From contig MCFH01000088.1 of assembly GCA_002104945.1 (NCBI GenBank), positions 63,660-127,659 of the forward strand: a stretch of 64,000 bases of DNA. The letters run 5' to 3'. Source of the stretch: Piromyces finnis finn. Lineage: Eukaryota; Fungi; Neocallimastigomycota. The notes beneath the pieces are model-generated. The model ran no database searches. It was not told the origin of the DNA and saw only the letters and a program-made list of their open reading frames with translations. Below, piece after piece: positions 45,201 to 55,800 of the stretch (position 1 is its first letter; the number at the start of each line of letters is the position of its first letter). The position numbers were made by a program, and so were the translations under genes.

Positions 45201-46955
45201 AATTCTTGTGTTAATGAAAGTGTAAATTCAATTAAATATTCTAAACTTAATAATGTTGATTTAAATAATTATATCTCTACTAATAATAATTCACATGGAA
45301 GTAAAAATATAAATATAAATTTTAAAAATGATATTGATAAAAGCAAGAATAATAATTATTTTAAAAATAATGAAATAAATGAATTATCTGAATATGATAA
45401 TGATATTGTTTATAATGAAGTAATGAATAGTGATATAAATGTCTTAAATGATACTCGCAACTTAAATAATAAAATAGATATAAATAAAAATGATTTTCCT
45501 AAATTAAATGAAAATATTACAACTAGTCATAATAATTCTAACATCCATAGTAATCATAATAATATTCATTCATATGATCCATCTAATATTTTTAATATTG
45601 ATAAAAATAATTATTTTAATATAGAAAATAAAATAAAAACATCCTCAGTCCCATCTGAAAATGGAAAAGGTGAATCAATAAATAATTATACTGACTCAGA
45701 AGCGGTACTTGTAACTGACACATCTTTTGATACTAGTGAAAATAATTCAAATGAATATCCAGGAAGTAATAAAATTAAAGAATTTCTTAAAAAGAAAATT
45801 ATCTTAATAAATGGAATAAAATATTATAAAGATGGAGACAATATCAGAAAAGTTGTTGAAGATAAAGAAGAGAAAATAGAATTACTATTAGCTGCGCATT
45901 CAATAGGTCATGAAGGATTTTATAAAACTTATAATAGACTGAAGAAAAGTTATTATTGGAAAAATATGGCTAAAGATGTAGAACTACTTGTGAAAACTTG
46001 TCATGATTGTCAATTAAAGAGACCTCAACCTATTAATAGTGGTACTGAATCATTTGCTACAAAGCCAGGTCTACCATTCACTAGAGTTGGTTTAGATATT
46101 ATTGGACCACTACCAATAACTAAAAATAATAATAAATATATAATAGTACTTGTAGACTATTTTACCAAATGGGTTGAAGCTGAACCTCTAAAATCAATTG
46201 AATCTACGGATGTTATAAAATTTCTTACAAATGTATTTTCTAGACATGGTACTCCAGAAATATTAATTACTGATAATGGTTCACAATTTACTTCTGATGC
46301 TACTAAAGGCTTTCTTGATTTATATGGTATATATGTTCAATATTCTAGCACTTATCATCCAGAAACAAATGGACAAGTAGAAAATCGTAACAGAGAAATT
46401 GTTAAAAATATTCGACTATTAGGAGACTCGAATAAAGAATGGGACGAAGTTCTTCCATCGGCTTTATGGGCTCTACGTACTTGTAAAAATGAAGTAACAA
46501 AATTTTCTAGCTTTGAATTATTATATGGTCGTACTGACCTTCAACCATTTGAACTTATGATAGAATATAATAATAAAAATGAATATGAAACTCCAGAAGA
46601 ATATTTAATAAATAAATTTACTACACATTGTGAATGGATTATTGAAGTTACCAAAAATATTCAGAATGCTAATAAATTATGGGAAAATAGAAGAAAACAA
46701 AAAGCTTCAATGAATACTGCATTTTCAGCCGGTGATTTAGTACTTGTTAGAAATTTTTCAAGAAGAAAGTTAGATCCATTTTTCATGGGACCTTTCCGTA
46801 TTATTAAAATGGAATTTAATACTGCTACATTATGTGACCCTATTAGTGGTGCAATAGCTGAAAGAAATGTTCATCAAAAGAATTTAGTTCATTATCATAC
46901 TTGGCACAATGAGACTTCCAGGGACGAAGTCCAAACTCAAGTGGGGGGATCTTGA
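42246..46955 (+). CDS. pol: pol polyprotein: aspartic protease, reverse transcriptase, RNase H, integrase with GPY/F motif
   Basis: Motifs seen: VYLDSCSSIN, WRMCVDYRKLN, YMDD, IRTDAS, TDHKPL, HSIGH...CHDC, LDIIGP / ITDNGSQF / NGQVE and MGPFRI. The PR-RT-RH-IN order is Ty3/gypsy. No chromodomain is seen. Confidence 0.97.
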   Translation: MNGRRNTPINQTNTTFATISVPVNEEITIPVIRKAKKNTDIKPYKRTTKEKLSDNPQPIRVPSNETREPSNNTYEDIIEVPNNEVELETVIENENNNNNNNLNNNYNNNINNNMSMNNDTNINNNESNKIDNNINDNNINNNTNSTEALKQLDPSFINQPTIDKAKRNNKKEREKEIIELAKEIELPSQKEKDVPNEKGTKRLVISADQEKYNITKDIGEKFANITIGQLLEISPKLKTELSKALKFTKIIEDESTILSTIRKDKVVKSKCKIEGIETTVYLDSCSSINMITRKFLLENNIPLKPVSKIRETLYQAYSNTTIESHLYEIEITIGDITSIEIFRLIEKEDIFQVLIGVETLANMKLIMDFSDHTLYQKTDDIHKIGSFESINEMNPINLIEEFDEEVNQGALIYYLTSQNAKYQDLEIKTTNDSKLQLINKIVDEAQEEAKDQLKNLLVTNIDVLANDTDDLGKSKLLAHEIKLNQDDPIKQKMYRISNKEHMEILKEEIGKLLKNDLIEPSQSSWSSPVLLVPKKNGKWRMCVDYRKLNSITIKDSYPLPYIEEILFSIGNNVKYLSTLDLFSGFHQIPMKKEDIDKTCFTTIFGNYNYKVMPFGLCNAPATFQREMNRIFLPLIGKCLFVYMDDLLVFSPSLEQHILDLQKVFNIIKENGIKANLSKCHFLKQEVEVLGHILSVEGVKPVEKKIETIKNWKSPTNLTQLRSFLGAIGYYRKFIKDFAQIAHPLFKLLKKGMKFEWTSETEQSFQILKERLIKSPILKYPDYDKYFIIRTDASLNGIGGVLLQKDENNVEHPIHYVSRSLNDSEINYSITDLEGTAAFYCCKKFKSYISGNKEETILYTDHKPLVGLFNNKEPNNARQTRWVTTLSMLKVKVKYEQGKKNVVADALSRLIPDNKNDIKISLATFNNNDGETTKNNILNSNKDFYSKNNENIVYSCNFNNSCINDNEINKNNNINPYIDKNIDFNKNSCVNESVNSIKYSKLNNVDLNNYISTNNNSHGSKNININFKNDIDKSKNNNYFKNNEINELSEYDNDIVYNEVMNSDINVLNDTRNLNNKIDINKNDFPKLNENITTSHNNSNIHSNHNNIHSYDPSNIFNIDKNNYFNIENKIKTSSVPSENGKGESINNYTDSEAVLVTDTSFDTSENNSNEYPGSNKIKEFLKKKIILINGIKYYKDGDNIRKVVEDKEEKIELLLAAHSIGHEGFYKTYNRLKKSYYWKNMAKDVELLVKTCHDCQLKRPQPINSGTESFATKPGLPFTRVGLDIIGPLPITKNNNKYIIVLVDYFTKWVEAEPLKSIESTDVIKFLTNVFSRHGTPEILITDNGSQFTSDATKGFLDLYGIYVQYSSTYHPETNGQVENRNREIVKNIRLLGDSNKEWDEVLPSALWALRTCKNEVTKFSSFELLYGRTDLQPFELMIEYNNKNEYETPEEYLINKFTTHCEWIIEVTKNIQNANKLWENRRKQKASMNTAFSAGDLVLVRNFSRRKLDPFFMGPFRIIKMEFNTATLCDPISGAIAERNVHQKNLVHYHTWHNETSRDEVQTQVGGS
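46939..46952 (+). promoter_or_regulatory. Polypurine tract
   Basis: AAGTGGGGGGAT-CT lies directly before the 3' LTR. Confidence 0.85.
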
Positions 46956-48108
46956 TACGCTACTCACATAAAAACATGATAAAAACTAGCTGAATAAACA
47001 CGACTTAACCCATAGTAACTTATAATAAAAATAAACAATAATAACCCTTAAAGATGAATGAATAATAATTTTATGAAAATATAACCCTTTCTTTAAATAA
47101 AAAATATTATCTTTATTATATAATAAATTCTGAGTAAAAACGACCTAATAGTGATAATAATAAAATAAATTATTAAATAAAATAAATTATTAAATAAAAT
47201 AAATTATTAAATAAAATAAAACGACTTAATCCAATAATGTACTAAAATAATAAAATAATAATAAATAAATAAAAATGAATAAATAAACTAAAAATAAAAT
47301 GATATACATCAAATTATTAATTCTAGTGTTTATCCAAGTGTTCTTTAGAAATTCTCTTAAACTTATAAATTAAAAAAAATAACTAATTGAGTAATTATTA
47401 CTAAAATGATAAACTTAAAACCTGGAAATAGAACAATAATAACAATTCCAAAGATAAAATACAGAACTCTTTTATGTTTCTGTATAAAATGAGTGTTTAT
47501 AATAATTGATACTTTTAATATTTTAATTTTGTTAAATTTTTATTTTAATTTTATTTTAATTTTATTTTAATATTATTTTAATTTTAAATTTTAATTATTT
47601 TATTCAAGGTATTATACATTTAATGATAGTCAATGATAATTTATAATAATTTTTCTAAATTTAAACATTTTGAAGTAATAAGAAAATCAAATAAGTAATA
47701 TTCTATAATATTTTATAATACTAAGACATAATTTTAATTTATTCTTTTAATTTTAATAAATAATAACAATAGTTATAATAGCATTTAATAGTTAAAAATA
47801 ATAATACCTGTAATAAATGAAAATGTATAAAAGGAAGATAAAATTCTTCTTTATAAAGGGCGGACAATAAATAGAGAATAAAAAGACTATAAATAGACTA
47901 TAAATAGACAATAAATAAATTATAAATATAATAAAGAGATAATTTAAACATAATAAAAAGAGTTTATTTTCGAGTTTTTGAGTGATTTATTTGTTAATTA
48001 TAAAACATATTTTATTTTATTTTAAATTTATTGTTTCATCATAAATATTAGAATTTATTATTTATTAAAAATATTATATTATTCAAAAATATATCGGTCA
48101 ACGCATCA
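46953..48108 (+). repeat. 3' LTR (1156 bp)
   Basis: Near-identical to the 5' LTR except for a 17-bp unit loss, an 11-bp duplication and a cluster of changes near its end. Confidence 0.95.
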
Positions 48109-48112
48109 TAAT

Positions 48113-48872
48113 TGATACAAGATGCATAGAAAAATATAATATTTTAAATATTTTATGAATAATATCTAATCCTTTTATAAATTGTATATCAATTACTAAT
48201 GATAATAATAATTAAACTATATTAGTATAAATTATTATGACGCAAATGTTACACATACATTAGAATAATTAGTTACACAAGAAAGGAAAAGATATAAAAG
48301 AGAGTGTTAAAGCAGAAAATATCAAGAGGGAGAACTTTTCATTTATAAATAATATTTGATATTTTAGTTTTAAGTATTAGTTTTATTTTATTTTATTTTT
48401 ATATTAATAGTTTTAGTTTAAGTTAGTTTTAGGTTAATAATTACGTATTTAGTATTTATTATATTTCCTTCAGTTTAAATATTAGTTATAAAAGAAAAGA
48501 ATATTTATTGTTTATTTTTACTATTTCAGAAAAGTTATATTTTATCATTAATAATACTTTCATCAACATATTTTTATATTTACACATTATATTTAACTAT
48601 TTATATTTATTCAATAATAACTTTCGATCCTATTAGTATTGAATGTTATTAATGTTATAATCATAAAAATAATAATAATTAAATAAAGAATCTTTAAACC
48701 AAAATCTATTTAATTATATTATTATAAAATTTATTATTTTTATTATTTATTTTTATTATTATAAAATAGAAATAAATACAATATTAACTAATATATTATT
48801 CATATATCATTCCCTATTGCTAACGTTCATAATTATATTTTATTTATGGTGTTTTTGAAATATATTGCATCA
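48113..48872 (+). mobile_element. Putative solo LTR of a second family
   Basis: It begins TGATACAAG and ends TGCATCA. TAAT flanks it on both sides (48109-48112, 48873-48876). Confidence 0.7.
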
Positions 48873-48876
48873 TAAT

Positions 48877-48993
48877 TGATACAAGATGCATGGAAAGATA
48901 TAATAATTTAAATATTTTATGAATAATGTGAAGATATTAACTGGATTTAATCTCTAAGAACCACCATTGGAGCTAGGAGAAATGCACTCGGAA

Positions 48994-49046
<53 letters not shown>

Positions 49047-50453
49047 AACTGGATTTAAAACAAATTCAGATAATATCTATAATTAATTAAACATAATAAT
49101 TAGAATTAAATGATCCCAATAATTATTTTAAAACACCTTTAAAAGTCACCATTTAAATTTTGGTTCAGTGAAAGGGTTATGATTTCAAAAAATTTAATAT
49201 CAATACACTATAACCCTTAGCCAAAAATAAACAAACACGAAACTAGGCATAACTCGCCAAAAACGAGTGTTACGGCTGTGAAACCAAGTTTATTAGAAAG
49301 CTTAAGGGAAAGGATACATTTTGGTACAATCGTAGTCCTTCTAACTGATCATTTAAAGATTTTAATAAGTAAATTAAAATCAATATAACATCAAGTATGG
49401 ATCATAAACACTTCTTATGACTTAATAAAAATTAAAAATATAGCAATAAGCATTTTAGTTATATTAAATTAATGAAAATGACTATTATTAAAAATAGAAT
49501 TAAACCGTTTAGGTTAACAGTTACTAGACATAAATGAAATAATTTTAATTATTAAAAATTAGATTAACGACAAGCTTTAAAAATTAATTTTTAAAATAAT
49601 GATTATCTAGTTATAACAAATATACAAATATGTTATTATTAATTATAATTAAATGTTAAATGATTAGTCATATGTTTATTTTATTGTATGTCATGACAAA
49701 CAAACAAACAACACCTTTATAATTTATTATATCATATTATTAATATATTACATGTAATATATTATCTTTGTCTGAAAGTTTTAAGTATTATAAATGTTAT
49801 GTTATAATTAAATTTAATTTCTTAAAAAACATTTTTACTATATAATTAATAACATTCTGACCTAGCCGCATAACCAAACCTAAAAAAACTTAACAACATA
49901 TAAAAATAACCCTTTAAAATAAATGAATAATAATTCTATAAAAATATAACCCTTTTTAAATAAATAATATTCTTTTTATTAAATAATAATAAATTCTGAA
50001 TAAATGACTTAATTAATAAAAAATAAGTATAAAGTAAATTATTAAATAAAACGATTTAATCATATAATGTATTAAAATAATAGAATAATAAATAAAAATG
50101 AATGAATAAACTCAAATAAATGGTGTACATCAAATTAGTGTTTTATCCAAGTGTTCTTTAGAAATTCCTTTAAAATTATATTTATAAACTAACAATAAAA
50201 TAATTGAGTAATTATTACTAAAAGTGACAAACTTAAAATCTGGAAATAGATCAATAATAACAATTTTAAAGATAAAATACAGAACTCTTTTATGTTAAAC
50301 ATAATTAAAAGAGTTTATTTTTGAGTTTAAGAGATTTGTTTGTTAATTATAAAACGTATTTTATTTTAAATTTATTGTTTCATCTAAATCTTAGAATTTA
50401 TTATTTATTAAAAATATTATATTATTCAAAAATATATATCGGTCATCCCATCA
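48877..50453 (+). mobile_element. Older, probably composite LTR block
   Basis: Its first ~50 bp resemble the start of 48113-48872. About 49900-50453 is a diverged copy of the intact element's LTR, ending ATCGGTCATCCCATCA. TAAC and a further TGATA start follow at 50454-50462. Confidence 0.6.
48936..49058 (+). mobile_element. Short 5'-truncated poly(A) retroposed insertion with a 15-bp TSD
   Basis: ATTAACTGGATTTAA occurs at 48936-48950 and 49044-49058, flanking 46 nt of unique sequence plus about 47 A. Confidence 0.85.
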
Positions 50454-50824
50454 TAACTGATATATAATATAACTATATGGCTAAAAATATTAAATTTATG
50501 TAATTAAAATTAAGGGTTAGCAATTATTTAAGAAAAATAGTAGTAATTAAATAACCAATAATATATCATATAAAAGTAATTAAAATTTACTTTTATTAAA
50601 AGAGAGAATTCTTTTTATAAAATATAGTTGATTATTGAGAATTTTTATTGTAGTTTTAACTTAAAATATTTTTTTATGTTAAATATATAAATACATTTAA
50701 AATTATTTTTATCAATAAAAATAAAAGAGAGAAACTTATAAATAAAAATTTTATGTTTAATTCTTTTTTTTATATTCAAATATTTGATGTATAATTTGTT
50801 AAACACAGTAAAACTAATAAAACA

Positions 50825-52527
50825 AAATAGAAATAATATACTTTCCAGAGAAGTTTTTAAATGAGGCTTGACACGAATTGTGAAAACCTAAATATAAATC
50901 TCTCATTCCAGGAACTGATTCATCAGCTTTCTTGAAAAAGTACCTATAGTTTCGCAAAGTAACAAGGCAAGGATACTCTGTATTCGATCCAGAACCATTA
51001 CCAGTTTCTTGGAAACATAAAAATAATGGTTTGAAAATAGCTGTGAAATAGCTAATACTATCTCTCTTTTCGTGATTCCACCCATTGGTGTTCCAACTAA
51101 GACAAAAAGAAAAGTTATCAGGCTTGTTGGATGAGGAAGAATCGTTGCTATTATTATTATTATTAAAGTCATCGTTATTAATGGATGATGCATCAGAGGA
51201 ATAAGTAGAACTATTACTAGATGGCTGTGAAACTGAAGAACTATCAACTATTGAACTGTTATCAGAATTGATAGAGCTATTAGAATTAATTGTTGAATGT
51301 TGAGATTGAAATTGTGTTTGCTGTAGATCTGGAATATTTTCATGATTGGAAACTTGTTGAAGATCTTGTTGAAGATCTTGTTGAAGATCGGATTGTTAAT
51401 GAGATTGTTGAACTGATTGTTGAAATGATTGTTGAATAGAATGTTGATGTTTATTAGAAACTAAAATTTTACGTTTGAGAGTGGAAAAAGTGTATTTGTG
51501 ATTCCTTCTACTACGAGCTGAAAAGGAAATTGAGGTAACTGAAAGTTTCTTCTTTAACATGTGTAAGATTTTAATACAATCTTTTGATGAACCATGAACC
51601 TTGACTAAGAAAAAGTGATCATTGAAAGTTTGAAAATATTTAACACTAATAACTGAATTAAATTTATCTTCTAGAATAACCTCGAGTTTTTCCCATAGCA
51701 TATTTACTGACCATGATCGAATACCACAGATAAAGAAGGAGCGAATATCATCTAAGGGGATACCATAAGACCGGGTACCATGTCTGATATAATTCTTATC
51801 TTTAATATAAAGGACTGACATGATAATAAATTCTAATTAAAAAATATTGAATATAAAATAAATACTAATAAAAATTACAAATATAACGTATATGGAAAAA
51901 AATCTGTCTCTCTCTCTCTTCTTAAAAGTGCTGGATAGTACAAAAATTGTTACGATGCTTTGTTTAAAGTTTCTTTTTTTTGAATTCTAGTTGTAAATTT
52001 TCTTTAAAAATTCTAGTTTTGGTTTGTTGTTAGTAAATTCGATTCGCTTTTTGACACTAAAATTGTTTGACTTTACTTTTCATTAAATATTTAAATTGGT
52101 AAAAAATTTGAATCAAGAATGTCGACACCAGAAAGCTTGTGAATAGTATTTTTACATGATGTAGAGTGAATCAGTCTCTTACAAGAAACAATACAACAAT
52201 AGCTACATGAATATAAAAATACAATGCAAATGCTAAAGTTGACTACATTGGATTCTTACAAGAGAAGAGTAGTACTACATGAATACATGAATAAAAGAAA
52301 AAATACAGCAACAAAATGTATTACTCTTCTAATTAAATACTATACAAACTTACCTGAATGTCAAACATTCAACTTATTCATCAAATACTTAATTCGATGA
52401 ATAAAATGTTTTTTAATCGCTCAGTACCATGAGCTTAGTCCTAATAATTTTCCCTTAAAGACTAACCAAGCATCCATTGCGCAATGCTTGGATTTAATTC
52501 TTTCTACTCTCTCAGTACCATGAGCAT

Positions 52528-52530
<3 letters not shown>
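50825..52530 (-). mobile_element. Non-LTR retrotransposon copy 1: 5' portion only, decayed; its extreme 5' end appears displaced to 63936-~63997
   Basis: Near-identical to the 5' part of copies 2 and 3. It has a premature TAA (CAA>TAA near 51396) and lacks the RT and 3' end. Confidence 0.9.
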
Positions 52531-52572
<42 letters not shown>

Positions 52573-52809
52573 GGCATCAAATATTTTAAACTTTATTATT
52601 AATTTAATTAAAATTATAATACATGTAATAAAAAATTAAAAAATAAAAATAAAAATAAAAAAAATATGTTTAAATAAACACAAATGAATAAAATTTGGGT
52701 ATAATGTATTCTAGTAATTTTAATTAAAGTAAGAAAGCCACTATCATACTAAAGTATAATAATTGTATTTGACTTCCAATGGGACACCGAGCCAAAGATC
52801 AAAATTTTG

Positions 52810-55800
52810 TCATGGAACAAAATTATGATCTCCATTGGTTGCGCTGGCCCTCCTGGCCTGTCTTACTGTTTCTTCAGCATTGACGCTCTTGGATGTTGCT
52901 TCAAACCTTTTGAACATTGACCATTGCTGGCCAATAGCAAAAGGCATGATTTTGGTTAGAAGTTCCGCGGTTACCGTCAAGAATGGTGTTCCTTCGTTAG
53001 TATCAGGTTGAATCTGACGCTTACAAAGTTCTTTCCATTCCCTTGAATTGTAATTAATATTGTTAAAACTTCTTCCCCCAAGAAGGAATTTAAATATTTT
53101 ACTGCACACACTAGAATAATCATACACATTAATATTCACCGGATTATTAGAACTATTACTATCATTAACTAAATTACTATCTAAATTAGAATTATTATCT
53201 TCACTATTGCTATCATTACTAATATTATTATTTCTATTATTGTTATTATTACTATTGTTACTATTACTATTGTTACTATTACTATTGTTATTACTACTAT
53301 TGTTACTATTACTATTAATGTTATTACTATCTCTACTGATATTATCCATTTCATTATTATTGATAGGACTATTGGAATTACGTTGACTGAAAAAATTTAA
53401 TAGCTGGACTATGGAATCATAATGTTTAATACGGATATCTCTAAATGTTGGACAATCTAATAACCAATGTTTAATACTTTGATCTCCACACTTGCAACAT
53501 GGACAGTAGTTAGGACAAACTGGGTCAACAAATTTGGCAGCTTTGGCAACTCTAGCATCCAACTTGTATCCGCTTCTTGCTTTCAATAGCCAGTAGAAGC
53601 CATAGGCAAACTCTGGGTACTCATAACATAATTTAATAAAATCTTTAGTTCCAATAAATTTATTATCATCATAATATTGCGCTTTGATTGAATTCCCTTT
53701 GAGATCTTTCCAATAAAAGTTTTTAACTGCTTTAACATCTCCATGTTTCTTTAGTTTTTTATCAAGTGTCCTACTTGATTTGCACCACGTGTATTTTCTA
53801 AATTTAGGAATGTAATTGACAAGGTGTGAGATAATACAATTTGAGTTTTTCCATTTGTTAAAACATCTAACCTGAGCTAACGCACATTTGGCTGACAATG
53901 GAGGAATATTCAAATCTTTTGAAATAGAGTATAAAGATATAAACGATACAGCTTTATGAACTCCGGCAACCCATCGTATTCCTTTGTTAACATGCTTCTG
54001 AGCAATCCTAGACCTAGCTTTGTTGGATCCAAGTAATGGTGCAAAGTATGAAACTCTGCTAATCACTTGTGAGTTAAGTACTAGTTTTTTGAAAGGAATA
54101 GGAATATTAGGATTTCTTAAGAATTTACTGATTGAGAAAAGCCCTTTCAAAACCTTGTTATTAAGAGCTTTAATTACTGGTTTAAGGGACAGATTCTTAT
54201 CAAATGGAACACCAAGATAAGTATAGCAATCAGTAGTTGGAATGGGTTGTCCTGCTAAGTAAAATGTTGGATCTCTCTTGTTCTGATTTTCTATTGATTC
54301 AGGACGAATCACCATCGTTGAACATTTCTGGATACCAAATTCCATTTCATTATACAAGGCCCATTCATTAACTCTTCTAAGCATCTTTTTTAAGCATCCT
54401 CTTGTTGGAGCACAAATAACTATATCATCTGCAAAAAGTCCACCACAGCATCGAGTGTCACCTAAACTGACTCCTAGATCTTCGCACTCTCTAAATATAT
54501 CATTAATAAAGAGATTAAAGAGAATAGGAGAAAGAGGGCAACCTTGACGGACTCCTTTCTTCACATCAAAAGATTTCGAGAATTGTCCATCTAATTTGAC
54601 ATTAGCCTTAGATGTTAAATATAAATTTTTGATAAATTGTAGACTCTTACCTCGGATTCCTAAACAATCTAATTTATGGAGAATATTACCGATTGGGACT
54701 GAATCGTATGCTTTCCTGAGATCTAAAAAGGCCAAATATGTCTCTTTATTATCTAATTGACGTCTACGGCATATTTCTTGGATTGAAATGAAAAGACTAA
54801 TACTTTCTTCCTTTTTTCGAAAACCAAATTGTTCAGGTCTAATGAAATTATTCTTTAAACCATATTCTGAGATTCTAGTGGTGACAATTTTGGAAATCAA
54901 CTTAATACCATTATTGATAAGTGATATACCTCGATAGTTATCACAATCTGTCAAATCTCCCTTCTTAGGAATAGAAACAATACTGGATTCATTCCATGAG
55001 TTGGGGAAATCTCCATCCCAAATACGGTTGAATAATTTAAGAATAAAATTTAAACCATGAGCATCATTATCTGAAGTAGTATTACCAGAAGAATTATTAT
55101 CTGTAGCATTATTAGAATCATTACTTGATGGAACTAATGCTTTGTAAAATTCAATTGGAATACCATCCGGACCTGATGCTTTATAATTTGGAGTAGTGAG
55201 GATAGCTGACTTGACTTCATCAATACTAATATCTTGGTTGATATCCCACTCATCAAGCATAGGAAGTGAAAAACGTTTATTCGTTGGTTCTTCATACCAA
55301 TGCTCCAAATCAAGACTTACACCACTTGGGTCTGATGCAAGATTTTCGAAATGATCATGCCACACATCTAGTTGTTCTTCCGTAGCAACAACTAATTCTC
55401 CATTTTTATTTTTAATTGGTTGAGCAATAAAGAAAGAATCTTTTCCAATTTTTGCAGTTTTCTTGATCCATTTCCAGGCCTTCTTAGGATTATGACTCTT
55501 CATATACTCACATCCTGTTTTAATCCAATGAAGATATTCTTGCTTCCTAAATTCATTACATCTTTTGTGGATGTAATCAATGAGTTTACGGTAGATTTTA
55601 ATTCTTTTAATAAATTCATCTATATCATAAATTCTTTCTTTTTTAAATCTCTTATACAACTTCATTTTGATTTTTTGAAGATTAAAAATTTGTTGTGAAA
55701 TATGAAATGAAGACTTTATAACATTATTTGCTGAAGTAATACTGAGCTCGTCTGCAATTGAAAAAGCAGTTGAAGTAAACTCTTTGGAAAGTTCATCTGT

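Larger units (their letters stand above)
38192..48108 (+). mobile_element. Full-length Ty3/gypsy LTR retrotransposon with a 4-bp TSD (TAAT)
   Basis: Paired LTRs TGATAC...GCATCA, PBS, gag, PR-RT-RH-IN pol and PPT are present. TAAT lies at 38188-38191 and 48109-48112. Confidence 0.97.

Noticed and set aside
49741-49764. Perfect 24-bp palindrome TAATATATTACATGTAATATATTA resembling a CA|TG LTR-circle junction
   Set aside because: It is almost all A/T, so it is plausible by chance in 64 kb, and it does not match the TGAT...ATCA termini of the local LTRs.
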